Shown here one piece after another: positions 1 through 10,299 of a stretch of DNA of 64,000 bases. Location: positions 128,001-192,000 of the forward strand of contig JBIPSI010000001.1 of assembly GCA_044070495.1 (NCBI GenBank). The letters run 5' to 3'. The translations under genes and the position numbers were made by a program. The first letter of the stretch is position 1. Every line of letters starts with the position of its first letter. Source of the stretch: Spirulina sp. Its GTDB lineage: Bacteria > Cyanobacteriota > Cyanobacteriia > Phormidesmidales > Phormidesmidaceae. The notes beneath the pieces are model-generated. The model was not told where the DNA came from. It did no database searches and was given only the letters and a program-made list of their open reading frames with translations.

Positions 1-858
1 CTGGCGGGCCACGGATCGGTGCAGGATCTCACGGTGGCCGATATGGCCCACATGATGCTTGGGGAAGAGCGCCAAACCAAGGATATGACCAAGGTGTCCC
101 ACAGCGACGCCACTCCGATGTTGGAGGTTCACGGGCTGGCAGCCCACCGAGACAACGGCCTCGATGCCTTTGGCCCCCTCGATCTGGCGGTCTACAGCGG
201 CGAGATCGTCGGTATTGCCGGGGTTTCGGGCAACGGCCAGCGGGAACTGGTGGAGGTATTAGCAGGGCAACGTCCGGCCACCCAGGGCGAGATCCACGTC
301 AACGGCCAAGTCTACGGGGCCACCCGCCCCGAAATGACCCAGCTTGGGGTCTTCGCCCTGCCGGAGGAGCCCCTACGCAACGCCTGCGTACCAGGGATGA
401 GCGTGGCGGAAAACCTGGCCCTGCGCAACTTCGACCGTCCCCCCCATGCCAAGTGGAACCTGTGGCTAGTGCTCAAGGCCATGCGCCAAACGGCCCAAGA
501 ATTGATCGATATCTTCTCCGTCAAAACCCCCTCCCCCGATACCCCCATTCAAAACCTGTCGGGGGGCAATGTGCAGCGCACCGTCCTAGCCCGCGAACTG
601 TCCTCCCCCGACATCAAGCTGTTGATTGCGGCTAATCCTTGCTTTGGCCTCGATTTTTCAGCGGTAGACTTCATCCATAGCGCCATTGTCGAGGCCCGCA
701 ACCGAGGGGTGGCGGTGCTGCTGGTGAGCGAGGATTTGGACGAACTGCTAGCCCTCAGTGATCGCATTTTGGTGATCAGTGAAGGGCGCTTTGTGTACGA
801 TAGCCCGATTGAAGCCGCCGATGTGAAGGAAATCGGCCATCGGATGGCGGGACATTAA
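1..858 (+). CDS. Sugar/nucleoside-type ABC transporter ATP-binding protein, C-terminal ATPase domain (5' part outside window)
   Basis: GEIVGIAGVSGNGQ degenerate Walker A, LSGGNVQR signature, AVLLVSEDLDEL, typical of the second domain of dual-ABC ATPases; reading frame open to the window edge. Confidence 0.85.
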   Translation: MAGHGSVQDLTVADMAHMMLGEERQTKDMTKVSHSDATPMLEVHGLAAHRDNGLDAFGPLDLAVYSGEIVGIAGVSGNGQRELVEVLAGQRPATQGEIHVNGQVYGATRPEMTQLGVFALPEEPLRNACVPGMSVAENLALRNFDRPPHAKWNLWLVLKAMRQTAQELIDIFSVKTPSPDTPIQNLSGGNVQRTVLARELSSPDIKLLIAANPCFGLDFSAVDFIHSAIVEARNRGVAVLLVSEDLDELLALSDRILVISEGRFVYDSPIEAADVKEIGHRMAGH

Positions 859-883
859 CGCGACGGCAAGCACTGGGATGAGG

Positions 884-1027
884 CTAGGCCTTTTGGCGCT
901 TTTGGAGGGCATTCAGCATCTGCTGACGAACCGCCTCCGCCCAGAGGGCAAAGTCCTCCCGATTGTGCAGGGCGTTGCGGGACGCTGGCGATGGGGACTG
1001 GCTAGCCGAACGGGGCGTGGAAGACAT
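884..1027 (-). CDS. 47-aa small protein, PirA (Ssr0692)-like candidate
   Basis: Hand translation MSSTPRSASQSPSPASRNALHNREDFALWAEAVRQQMLNALQKRQKA; AGGAG 10 nt upstream of the ATG; C-terminal DFxxWAxxVRxQMLxxLxKR resembles, from memory, conserved cyanobacterial PirA-family proteins; below the ORF-track length cutoff. Confidence 0.6.
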   Translation of the reverse strand: MSSTPRSASQSPSPASRNALHNREDFALWAEAVRQQMLNALQKRQKA

Positions 1028-1227
1028 GGCGAAGGATCTCCTGAGGCATAGAGCAGCGGCAATTAGGGCAGTCAGCGGGAAAAAGACAAGCAGCTATCCC
1101 GCCAGAGTTGCCCTACCTCTGATCTAACAAATTTCCCCGTGCCTTGGGCCTCGGACTATGCAGGATCTGCATGATCCAGAAATTAGCCTACATAATCAAT
1201 CCTCCGAATCCCGATACCAGGATGATT

Positions 1228-3456
1228 CTAGAGCTTTGGCAATACCCGACCCAGCAGTTCCGGCGGCAGCTTCGATAAAACCGTCTGCTGTCCCGTCAGC
1301 CCCAGGATCTCGAAGTGCAGACGCACGGAATACACCAGGGCCTCAGCCAGCACATCGAGTTGGTCGGGCTGATCCTGCCAGCCCTGGTGGGCTAATAAAT
1401 AGTGGCCTAGGGCGGCCTGAAGGTGCTGCTCCCGCTGGGCTTGCTGGTCGGCGGGTAGGGCTAGGGCAATTTGGTCGTGAACAATGCCCGCACTGTGGCA
1501 GGTCGCCCATACATCAAATCCCGGAGGCTCTGGTGGCAATTGCTGAAGCGCCTGTTCCACCGCATCAAGGGCCGCTTCGTAGGCATCCACCGCCTGGCGC
1601 AGGCTTAGCAGACGTTCTTCGGGCTGCTGCATCTGCTGCTGGGCTAGGTTCCAGTAGGCGGTGCCCAGGTTGTTTTGGGTGGCGGCACAGCCCGCCGGAG
1701 TAGTCGCCAGGGTGCGATAAACCAGCGCCGTTTGGTAGGCATCAATGGCCTGTTCTAACCAGGGAATCGGGTGTTCCTGCTGGGCTAAACTCCAGTAGGC
1801 AATGCCCAGGTTGTTTTGCAGCATGGCGTATTCCTGGGGTTCGGCCTGGGGAATGCGATGGCGCAGCGCTTCTTGATAGGCGGCAATGGCTCGACGGAGA
1901 TGGTGTCGAGGCTGGTCGAGCTGGGATAGCCGCCAATGGATCGCGCCTAGGCTGTTTTGGCCATCGGCATAACCGATGGGATCCGCAGCGGCGGGGGTGT
2001 ATTGCAGGGCTTGGGTGTAGGCTTCCACCGCCCGTTCGAGGTTGGCTTGGGAGTCGCCTAGGTTGGCTAAAAGCCCATACACGCTGCCCAGGTTGCTATA
2101 CAGCCGACCCAGGGTGCCGGGGGCGACACTCGTCTGGCCGTCAATGGCCCGTTGGTAGGCGGCCACACTGCGCTGGAGCCACTGGCCCATCCCCTCCGGT
2201 TGGGTTTCCAACTGCGCCCGCATCCAGTACAGGCTGGCTACGTCATTGAGGGCATCACACCAGTCATTCTCCCCCTCTAGCAAGCCGTCAATGGCCCGCT
2301 GGTAAACCTCTAGGGTAAACTCCAGCACGGGCAAGCCCTCTGCCCCCGGCGCAATGTGCTCGCGACAGAGTTGGCCGAGGGCCAAGTGTGCCCTAGCGAG
2401 GGTTAGCGGCCCAGCCTGCTGTTGGTAGAGCAGTTGGATGTATTGCCCCAGGGGATGAATTTGGTCGTGGTGGGCTAGGGAGGGGGGAAACACTAACGCA
2501 GGTTGCGGCAAGGCCAGAAACCGAGGGGAGGGGGCAGGGGAGGGGTCTGGCACCTCGGCCTGGAAAAACGACGACGGCAAGGCTGGCTCAAGGGCTGGCT
2601 CAAGGCCTAGGGATGGCGCTTGGGCCTCTGGGGCTATCCCCAGAGAACCCAGGTCCTCGGTTACCGGGAGTCCTGACGCAGGCAAATCCACCCAGGCCAA
2701 ATGGGTCATGGGCGAGGCGGGCGGCGCTAGATCGGTCAGCGGCCAATCCATGCTCCAATCCGTCGGCCAATCCGCCGAGGGCATACCCTCCCCCTGGTGA
2801 CCTGCGATGTCTCGCCCCGCCTCCAGCCCCATGGCTGAATCATGTTTCAATCGACGTTCATCGTCCAAACCTATCCCAGGGCGACATGGGGCATGGGCCG
2901 ATGGGGTTGGCTCTCCCTCAAACTCGTATAGCCCGTTGCGAGATCGCCAAAACCCAGGCACCACCTGTTGAATTTTGCCCAGCCAAGGCCGGGGCACCCA
3001 CACCAACAATCGACAATCCAACTGGGTCAGGAGGGCGTCCACCCGAATTAGCGAGGCCAAAAAGCGGTTTTGCACCGTGGGCGACTGCCGCGTGAGGGTG
3101 GCCACCCCCAAAATTTGAAAGGCCGGAATCATGCCCGGATTTCCCCCCAGCCGTCGCTGCTGCTTCAACCACAACAGCACCTCCCGTACCAAATCTGGGC
3201 GATCCGCATCCAGCCGCAGCGTTGCCAGGGGCGATTGATCGGCCCGCACCTGAGGATTGTGTCCGCCCGATGGCAGGTAAGGATTGAGGTCAGCCTCCAG
3301 TCGATCCGCGAGCTGATCCTGCAACTCGCCATCATCACAGACCGCAATTAAGAGTTGTCGTCGCAACGGCAGTTGTAGCGCCGCCCGCAACTCTTGGTAG
3401 GCGGCCTGGTTATGCCCCAAAAACGTCTGTGAATTCAACGAAATAGCAGCAATCAC
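1228..3456 (-). CDS. Tetratricopeptide repeat protein
   Basis: Repeated QNNLGxAYWxL...AIxAYQxAL TPR units in the C-terminal half; GTG at 3456 chosen as start (ORF open to 3525). Confidence 0.8.
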   Translation of the reverse strand: MIAAISLNSQTFLGHNQAAYQELRAALQLPLRRQLLIAVCDDGELQDQLADRLEADLNPYLPSGGHNPQVRADQSPLATLRLDADRPDLVREVLLWLKQQRRLGGNPGMIPAFQILGVATLTRQSPTVQNRFLASLIRVDALLTQLDCRLLVWVPRPWLGKIQQVVPGFWRSRNGLYEFEGEPTPSAHAPCRPGIGLDDERRLKHDSAMGLEAGRDIAGHQGEGMPSADWPTDWSMDWPLTDLAPPASPMTHLAWVDLPASGLPVTEDLGSLGIAPEAQAPSLGLEPALEPALPSSFFQAEVPDPSPAPSPRFLALPQPALVFPPSLAHHDQIHPLGQYIQLLYQQQAGPLTLARAHLALGQLCREHIAPGAEGLPVLEFTLEVYQRAIDGLLEGENDWCDALNDVASLYWMRAQLETQPEGMGQWLQRSVAAYQRAIDGQTSVAPGTLGRLYSNLGSVYGLLANLGDSQANLERAVEAYTQALQYTPAAADPIGYADGQNSLGAIHWRLSQLDQPRHHLRRAIAAYQEALRHRIPQAEPQEYAMLQNNLGIAYWSLAQQEHPIPWLEQAIDAYQTALVYRTLATTPAGCAATQNNLGTAYWNLAQQQMQQPEERLLSLRQAVDAYEAALDAVEQALQQLPPEPPGFDVWATCHSAGIVHDQIALALPADQQAQREQHLQAALGHYLLAHQGWQDQPDQLDVLAEALVYSVRLHFEILGLTGQQTVLSKLPPELLGRVLPKL

Positions 3457-3769
3457 GGTGTAGGGAGGTGAGGAGTAGATAATCAACCTTGCCCAAGCCC
3501 AGCTCAAGCAGATTGCCAAAACCAAGCAATCGACCCCAAGCTAGACGTGGAAGACGTGCAACCCAATATCCAAAAGTTTCGCTGATGCCCTTAAAAACCC
3601 GGAGGATTGGGCCGTCCCTTAACTAAAGTTTCATCACTGTCACACCCATTCAGGACAGAACCTGTGCCACTTCCCCCGCCGGGTGCCGCCCCGCCGTTTC
3701 TAGGTTCGGCACTGTGGCACACCCCCCTGCCCAAAGCACGGCTAGACCGCTATACTTAAGAGTGCTTTT

Positions 3770-3842
3770 GCTGGTGTAGCTCAGTTGGTAGAGCAGCTGA
3801 TTTGTAATCAGCCGGTCGCAAGTTCGAGTCTTGTCACCAGCT
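3770..3842 (+). tRNA. trnT: tRNA-Thr(UGU)
   Basis: GCTGGTG/CACCAGC acceptor stem, TAGCTCAGTTGGTAGAGC D-arm, CTGAT-TTGTAAT-CAG anticodon arm with TGT, GTTCGAGTC T-loop; TATACT -10-like box at 3751-3756; CCA not encoded. Confidence 0.96.
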
Positions 3843-3849
3843 TTTCTTT

Positions 3850-3886
3850 AAAACCCCCTGAAGCCTTTTGGTTTCAGGGGGTTTTT
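3850..3886 (+). terminator. Intrinsic terminator after tRNA-Thr
   Basis: AAAACCCCCTGAAGCC-TTTT-GGTTTCAGGGGGTTTTT stem-loop with U-tract. Confidence 0.85.
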
Positions 3887-4431
3887 GTTGTCCGTAAACC
3901 CGCAGGATCCACAGGGCGGCCACGGTAGAGGTAGACGGTGAGGCTCTAGCGGCTTACCGATCAAGGCGTCTCGATAAAAACGTCAGAATTATGGGCCAGT
4001 ATCTCGCCGTGGAGGAGCTGACGACCAGGATAGAAGCCAGGGAACTCCGACCAGGATGTCCTTCACGCCCTATTGTTTTGATCATATTTTGCTGTTTTCT
4101 CTAGGGAAACCATTGAGAACCCTAAAAAACTTTCTGGAATAATAAATATAGTTGAACTTATGTTTAGGGTTGTTGAATGAAATTGCTACGGGTAACAGAT
4201 GAAATCTAGTCTTTTAGGGACAGATACTTTAGCTGTCTGGCCTACTCAGGGCTATCTGATTGAGTAGATAAGGCATCAGTCGCTCTGGTTTTTGTTACTT
4301 CTTTCATCGCGTTTGACTACGGGGTTGGTCGGCTCATTTTGTGCGGCCTATCGAGTCTAGTCAATCGTAGCGATTGAGGTTTTTTGACCATTGACTGTAG
4401 ATTTCAGTTGTTTTAGGAAACTTAATTCATC

Positions 4432-4905
4432 ATGAGTATTGTCGCTAAGGTCATTGCCCAATCCGACGAAGCGAATCGCTTCCTTAGCAGTGCTGAACTG
4501 GCTAAGCTCCAGGAGTTTTTCAGCAGCAGCACGGCCCGGGTTAGTGGGGCCAAAAAGCTGGCAGCTAACCAGCAGAAAATTGTGGATGAGGGCAGCAAGC
4601 GTTTTTGGGCCTCCTGCCCTAATACCCCTAGCAATAGCGGAAATCCTCAAAAAACCGCCCTCTGTCAGCGGGATCAGGGGTGGTACATTCGCTTGGTTAG
4701 CTACTGTTTGCTGGCGGGTAATTCCAAACCCCTAGAGGATATTGGCCTCGATGGTATGCGCGATATGTATGTGTCTTTGGGGGTTCCCCTCGCCAACCTA
4801 AAGCTGGCCATGAAGTGCATCAAAGAGGTGGCCCTGGGTGGCTTAACCTCTGAGGAAGCCGCTTTGGCGGCTCCTTATTTTGATCAGCTGATCCGCGCTT
4901 TTTAG
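4432..4905 (+). CDS. apcD4: Low-light/far-red allophycocyanin alpha-type subunit ApcD4
   Basis: Phycobiliprotein-type start MSIVAKVIAQSD, chromophore motif TALC78QRDQGWYIRL, extra Cys62; synteny with an apcB paralog and isiX. Confidence 0.85.
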   Translation: MSIVAKVIAQSDEANRFLSSAELAKLQEFFSSSTARVSGAKKLAANQQKIVDEGSKRFWASCPNTPSNSGNPQKTALCQRDQGWYIRLVSYCLLAGNSKPLEDIGLDGMRDMYVSLGVPLANLKLAMKCIKEVALGGLTSEEAALAAPYFDQLIRAF

Positions 4906-4959
4906 CCCATTTATTATCCATTGTGTTGAATTCACGCTATCCATTTTAAGAGGACAATC

Positions 4960-5445
4960 ATGCAAGATACCATTACGGCTGCTATCAACCCTGCTGACGA
5001 AAAAGGTAGCTATCTAGAGGGGGCTGAACTAGAGGCCCTAGAAAAGTACTTCCGCACCGGCGAAATGCGCGTGAAGGCGGCCAGCAAAATTAGCGAAAGT
5101 GCAGCTAGTATCATCAGCGAAACCGTGGCAAAAAGCTTGCTCTACGGTGACATTACCCTGCCTGGGGGCAATATGTATCCCACTCGTCGCTATGCCGCCT
5201 GCCTGCGGGATTTGAGCTATTTTCTGCGCTATGCAACCTATGCCATGCTGGCCGCCGATGCCTCGATCCTAGACGAACGAGTCCTCAATGGGCTGACGGA
5301 AACCTATGGGTCTTTGGGGGTTCCCATTGAGCCCACGATTCAGGCGATTCAAGCGATGAAAGACGTGGTTACCAGCCGCGTAGGGGCTGATGCTGGACAG
5401 GAAATGGGCGTGTATTTGGATCACCTCATTGCTGGTTTGGGCTAG
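4960..5445 (+). CDS. apcB3: Allophycocyanin beta subunit paralog ApcB3
   Basis: [10 protein letters not shown]..., [25 protein letters not shown]; lies between apcD4 and isiX. Confidence 0.85.
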   Translation: MQDTITAAINPADEKGSYLEGAELEALEKYFRTGEMRVKAASKISESAASIISETVAKSLLYGDITLPGGNMYPTRRYAACLRDLSYFLRYATYAMLAADASILDERVLNGLTETYGSLGVPIEPTIQAIQAMKDVVTSRVGADAGQEMGVYLDHLIAGLG

Positions 5446-5483
5446 TCGTCCACGGTCTCTGTCGTTGCAGTCAAGTCATTACC

Positions 5484-6953
5484 ATGTACGCTAAGCAACA
5501 AAACCAGGAACAGTATCCCTGGTGGGCGGGCAATGCCCGATTCATTGATCTGTCGAATACGTTTATTGTGGCCCATGTCGCCCAGGCGGCGCTGATTATG
5601 CTGTGGGCCGGTCTGTTTACCCTGTTTGAACTGGCGGTGTATTCCCCCGATACCCCCCTGTATGGTCAAGGGCTGATTCTATTGCCCCACCTGGCTACCC
5701 AGGGCTGGGGCGTGGGGGCGGGTGGGGCCATCGCCGATACCTTTCCCCTGTTTGCCATTGGGGTGATCCATATTGTGGCGGCGGGGGTACTGGCGGGGGG
5801 GGCTTGGTTCCATCGCCAGCGCCTCCCCGCGAGCTTAGCCGCTGCCCAGGGCAACGCCAGCGCCTTTCACTTCGAGTGGGGCGATGCCAAAAAGCTAGGC
5901 TTCATTTTGGGCCATCACCTGATCGTCCTGGGGCTGGGAGCGCTGTTGCTGGTGCTCAAAGCCACTCGCTTCGGCGGGCTGTACGATGCGGCCCTGGGTG
6001 AGGTTCGTCTGGTCACCGATCCGACCCTCGGTTTGGCTACCCTCTGGAGCTATCGCACCCATCTGTTCGATGTCAATAACCTGGAGGATTTGGTCGGTGG
6101 CCATGTCTACGTGGCGGTGCTGCTGATCGCCGGTGGGGCTTGGCATATCTTAGTGCCTCCGTTTAACTGGGTGCGGCAGCGGTTTCTGTTTTCTGGCGAT
6201 GGCATTTTGGCCTATTCGCTGTTTGGCATTGCCCTAGCGGGTTTTGCGGCCTCCTACTACTGCGGGTTTAACACGCTGGCCTACCCCACCGAGTTCTATG
6301 GGCCAGCCCTCCAGCTTAAGTCGGCCTTTTTGCCCAGCTACTTCGATCCCAATCGACTGCCCGGTGCGGGCTATTCCTCGCGCACTTGGTTAGCCAATGC
6401 CCACTTTTATCTGGCCTTTTTCTTCCTCCAAGGGGGGCTATGGCACTATCAGCGGGCCATGGGCTTTGATCTGGCTGGCTTGTTTGCCACCTGGCGACAG
6501 GCCAAACTGGAGGCCAGTGAAAACCCCACCCTGACTTACCAAAAGCCGGTGCAAAATGCCCCCTCGCCCCAGCTTCAGGTGCAATACGGAGCTCCCGACC
6601 TGGAGCCCCAGCCCCTGCTGGCCATGGAGCAGTCCTTTGGGGAGTTTCTCTATCGGCCCTCCCAGGGTATTGCCACCCCTGACCTGACTCAGGTCAACGG
6701 GGTACGCACCACGCTCTACCAAACGGCGTTTCGTTCTCGCCACTACCGGTTCTATCAACGGGCGACCCAAACGGCAAAGGCAGAATTTGGCTACGGCGGT
6801 GGGCGATCCTCCGGGCGTTTGTACGAGCCAGCCAAGGCCCCTGCAAGCCCCAGTGCTTACCCCACGCCTCTGCCCTCGGTGATGTATGAGCCGAGCCACA
6901 GCCATGATCAGGCCGCCACGGTTGCCCTTGAGGTAGGTGCTCCAGCCCTTTGA
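5484..6953 (+). CDS. isiX: IsiX, CP43/IsiA-family chlorophyll-binding antenna protein with C-terminal extension
   Basis: [44 protein letters not shown] motifs; ~160-aa hydrophilic tail; apcD4-apcB3 synteny. Confidence 0.85.
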   Translation: MYAKQQNQEQYPWWAGNARFIDLSNTFIVAHVAQAALIMLWAGLFTLFELAVYSPDTPLYGQGLILLPHLATQGWGVGAGGAIADTFPLFAIGVIHIVAAGVLAGGAWFHRQRLPASLAAAQGNASAFHFEWGDAKKLGFILGHHLIVLGLGALLLVLKATRFGGLYDAALGEVRLVTDPTLGLATLWSYRTHLFDVNNLEDLVGGHVYVAVLLIAGGAWHILVPPFNWVRQRFLFSGDGILAYSLFGIALAGFAASYYCGFNTLAYPTEFYGPALQLKSAFLPSYFDPNRLPGAGYSSRTWLANAHFYLAFFFLQGGLWHYQRAMGFDLAGLFATWRQAKLEASENPTLTYQKPVQNAPSPQLQVQYGAPDLEPQPLLAMEQSFGEFLYRPSQGIATPDLTQVNGVRTTLYQTAFRSRHYRFYQRATQTAKAEFGYGGGRSSGRLYEPAKAPASPSAYPTPLPSVMYEPSHSHDQAATVALEVGAPAL

Positions 6954-6996
6954 TAGGCTAGGTTCGATCAACCCACACTAAATCCATTCTGGTGTG

Positions 6997-7030
6997 CCCG
7001 GTTTCTTCACGGAACCGGGTTTCTTTTCTT
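6997..7030 (+). terminator. Intrinsic terminator after isiX
   Basis: CCCGGTTTC-TTCAC-GGAACCGGG followed by TTTCTTTTCTT. Confidence 0.75.
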
Positions 7031-7133
7031 GGGGTAGAGCACCCACAGAAGGCGGCGGCGACTAGCCAGTTGACCAGTAGGGAACGGACAGAAAAGGCTA
7101 AGAACTGGTGGAAGAAGGCTTAGCTTTTCCAAA

Positions 7134-8093
7134 TTAAGTATCAGGGTGTTTTTCACATGTCTTTAACGCCCGTTTGTATTCCTCTTGGATTTGGTCTGCC
7201 ATCCACTCAGGTTCAAGGATTCTGACATTGCTGCCGTACTGCAAAATCCGCTGCCGAAACCAAAACCAGTGATCTTCAGTAGTTTCGATATCCACAAACT
7301 GGCCATCAGAATCTCGATGCAGCTCAACTTCGTTAGCTCGACGGGGTTGGTAGCTCGCCAAGGGGCCACTCATGCGATAGCGAATTTTTTCGGTGGGGAA
7401 GTAGAGCCGAGACCAAGGGGTAGTAGAGGCTGGGTAAACCTTGAGAATCCGATCTACTCGAAGAATCTGATTTTGCTCGATACTGGGACGTTTATCGCTG
7501 TAGCGCGGTGAGAAGTCGGGAACATGGGCAAATAGGTAGAGCAAACCATTGTGGAATCGGAGTTCTGAAAGATCGCAATCCCAATTTCTGGCATTCCCTG
7601 CACTACTGCGATAGCGAATCACATAGCGGCACCGTTGCTGGAAACGGTCTTGTAGCTGCTTCACGGTTTCTTCGAGCTTGGCCTCGCCATAGTCTACCGG
7701 AGGGCTAAAGGCGACCTTGACCTGAGATGGTTCAACTGGTGCCCTGAGCTTGCCAAGGTTGAGCAGATCGCTGGCTTGGGCTGAAAATCCCATATCGCTG
7801 AGGATATAGGCTGCCAGTGCTATGGATTCTCGCTGCTTGGGAGAGAGCAGCACTGGGAAGCATGACTCCACCAACTCATAGGGGCGATTGGGCGCACTGT
7901 TAATCTTGAAGCCACAATCCCTGAGTTTCCGGATCGCTCGGCTGACCTTCTGATCGATGTCATCAGAGGACTGACCATGCTCATCCAAGAAATCGGTCAT
8001 CAGGAGGCTTAGCGCCTCACGGGTCAAAGGCTTCTCGGATAGGCACCGCAGGATTTCGAGGGAAAACGCTAGCGGACTATAGGTAGATGTCAT
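7134..8093 (-). CDS. WYL-domain transcriptional regulator (wHTH-WYL-WCX), divergent from the cas operon
   Basis: N-terminal HTH (RAIRKLRDCGF), LYLFA..LRVDRI WYL core, C-terminal ILQYGSNVRILEP; position matches the Sll7009-type arrangement of type I-D loci. Confidence 0.88.
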   Translation of the reverse strand: MTSTYSPLAFSLEILRCLSEKPLTREALSLLMTDFLDEHGQSSDDIDQKVSRAIRKLRDCGFKINSAPNRPYELVESCFPVLLSPKQRESIALAAYILSDMGFSAQASDLLNLGKLRAPVEPSQVKVAFSPPVDYGEAKLEETVKQLQDRFQQRCRYVIRYRSSAGNARNWDCDLSELRFHNGLLYLFAHVPDFSPRYSDKRPSIEQNQILRVDRILKVYPASTTPWSRLYFPTEKIRYRMSGPLASYQPRRANEVELHRDSDGQFVDIETTEDHWFWFRQRILQYGSNVRILEPEWMADQIQEEYKRALKTCEKHPDT

Positions 8094-8162
8094 TTTTTGA
8101 CGACAACTCTCTAGAAAGGGGTAATAACTTTATCTTAGTTGAATCACTCGGCCTAAACTGCT

Positions 8163-10286
8163 GTGAAAGTCTCCCTTGAACCTCTATATTCCAAGCTCAA
8201 TGACGGGCCAGGGCATTGCCCCCTTGGGTGTCAGGAGCGTTGTCGAGTGGCTCAAAACTCTGGACTCAAGCCCCCTGAAGGCCAGCCGTGCCCCTTGTCG
8301 GTGCACCAAGCCCGTACTTGGGAATCCGTAGTAAACGGAGATGCTGACGTTATCTTCAACACAGCGGCAACGGGGGATGGCAAGTCCTTGGCGGCTTACT
8401 TAGCAGGGCTTCTCGATAAAAACTTCAGAATCATGGGGTTGTACCCCACCATTGAGTTGGTGGACGACCAAGATAGAAGCCATCGAGATAGTGATGATCG
8501 GCAAGGTTGGCACTCTCTTTTTGGGTTAAATGCCGATAAGCGCATTGATCGCCTGTACGGTGAAGAACTCAGTCGCCGCGTTCGTGATGGGGAGAGTAAT
8601 CGGTTTCAAGAACTCCGCAAGGTGCTCGAAAATAAGCCATTAATCCTGACCAATCCAGATATCTTTCACCTAATCACGCATTTCCAATACCGCGATCCCG
8701 CCTATGGTGATACAGAATTGCCACTGTTAATGGCTGAGTTTCCCAATGTGTGGGTATTTGATGAGTTCCATATCTTTGGGCCACACCAGGAAGCGGCAGT
8801 GATTAACAGTCTTAGCTTTATCCGGCGAGCATCGCAAGGAAATCGTCGTTTCCTGTTTACCTCAGCTACTCCAAAGGAGTCTTTTATCAAGCAGCTTAGG
8901 GCAGCCGGGTTTAAGACAGAGGAAATTTCTGGCACCTACTCTGATCATGACCAGCCTGGATATCGCAAGATTCTTGAAGCGGTTGATCTAGAATTTGTGC
9001 AACTCAAAAAGCAAGATGCTAAGGGCTGGCTAATAGATCACCATGCCGATATCGCAGCAGCCCTAACCGCAGAAGACAAAGGCCGAGGGCTGATCATCCT
9101 CAACTCAGTTGCACAGGCGGGTCGAGTCGTCGAGCTTCTACGGGATCTTTTTCAAGACTCAATAGAGGTTGAAGAAATTAGTGGACGCATGGATCGCGTT
9201 TCTCGTCAGCAAACCCAGGATAAGCTGAAACATTCCGCTAAACCTGTCCTGATTGTTGGCACCTCTGCTGTGGATGTTGGGGTCGATTTTAGAATTAATC
9301 TGCTGATTTTTGAAAGTAGCAATTCCGCAACTGTTATCCAGAGATTAGGTCGCTTAGGCCGTCATGAGGGATTTAAGTGTTATCAAGCCATGGCTCTGCT
9401 ACCAGAACACACACCCTGGATTCTGTCGCGATTAAAACAAACCTTATCTGAGGACGTAGGCATTGACCGAGAAGCCCTGAGAGATGCCGTGTTGGAAGCT
9501 TTTGATGCTCCTAAGGAATTTCAGGAATATCAACGAGAATGGGGTGTAGTACAGGCCCATGGAATGCTAGCAAAATTACAAGTTAAGGAGTATGCCAAGG
9601 TGATGCAGCCCGTGTATGATCGCATCACCCAAGACTTGCAGCCTCTTTATGGAAATAATATTGCAGGCACGGCAAAATGGAAACTCCGGGACTTTGATGA
9701 AGCGCCAGATGTAGTAAAAGCCATTCAGTCCGAGCTAATTCGCTTTCGGGGTGGCACCAGCCTCCAGGCGGCTGTATGGGATGATAATCGCTTCTATACC
9801 TACGACCTACTCAGAATTCTGCCCTATACCCAGGTTGAAGTACTAGAGGAATCTGATTTCCTAGATGCGGCCCGTAGCCAAGGCTATCCAGACTATACCT
9901 TTCAATACGCCCAGGTTTTTCTAAAAGTACAGCGATGGGTTGATGAGCGGATTGATATTCAACTGCGTTCTGGGCGCGACAGTAGCGAACTACAAGGGTG
10001 CACCTTGATTTTGCTTGACAAGCTACGCCTGACTCACCATCCACAGGCTGAAGTCATCAACTGCCTGAGCCGCAAAAAGCTTCTCAGTTTTCTAGTACCG
10101 AGTGACTACTGGAAAGTGCGAGATGACCTTCGAGTTGGCCCTTTGTTTGGGCTATACCCACTGACTGACAGCTCTGAGAAGAACTATGCCTGTGCTTTTA
10201 GCCAAGATGCCTTGATACTTAAGGCACTAAAAAATAGTCGATTAACTAAACTATGTCGTCAAAATTCTGATTCATTCTTTTTCTAG
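8163..10286 (+). CDS. cas3: Type I-D CRISPR-associated helicase Cas3'
   Basis: AATGDGKSLA Walker A, DEFH, TSATP, QRLGRLGRH; no HD domain. Confidence 0.93.
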   Translation: MKVSLEPLYSKLNDGPGHCPLGCQERCRVAQNSGLKPPEGQPCPLSVHQARTWESVVNGDADVIFNTAATGDGKSLAAYLAGLLDKNFRIMGLYPTIELVDDQDRSHRDSDDRQGWHSLFGLNADKRIDRLYGEELSRRVRDGESNRFQELRKVLENKPLILTNPDIFHLITHFQYRDPAYGDTELPLLMAEFPNVWVFDEFHIFGPHQEAAVINSLSFIRRASQGNRRFLFTSATPKESFIKQLRAAGFKTEEISGTYSDHDQPGYRKILEAVDLEFVQLKKQDAKGWLIDHHADIAAALTAEDKGRGLIILNSVAQAGRVVELLRDLFQDSIEVEEISGRMDRVSRQQTQDKLKHSAKPVLIVGTSAVDVGVDFRINLLIFESSNSATVIQRLGRLGRHEGFKCYQAMALLPEHTPWILSRLKQTLSEDVGIDREALRDAVLEAFDAPKEFQEYQREWGVVQAHGMLAKLQVKEYAKVMQPVYDRITQDLQPLYGNNIAGTAKWKLRDFDEAPDVVKAIQSELIRFRGGTSLQAAVWDDNRFYTYDLLRILPYTQVEVLEESDFLDAARSQGYPDYTFQYAQVFLKVQRWVDERIDIQLRSGRDSSELQGCTLILLDKLRLTHHPQAEVINCLSRKKLLSFLVPSDYWKVRDDLRVGPLFGLYPLTDSSEKNYACAFSQDALILKALKNSRLTKLCRQNSDSFFF

Positions 10287-10299
10287 GACAGCGATCTCC

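Noticed and set aside
1158..1703. Long antisense or alternate-frame ORFs (e.g. 1158-1703, 30404-31036, 45532-46233)
   Set aside because: They overlap well-supported genes, have no motifs, and are expected in GC-rich DNA.
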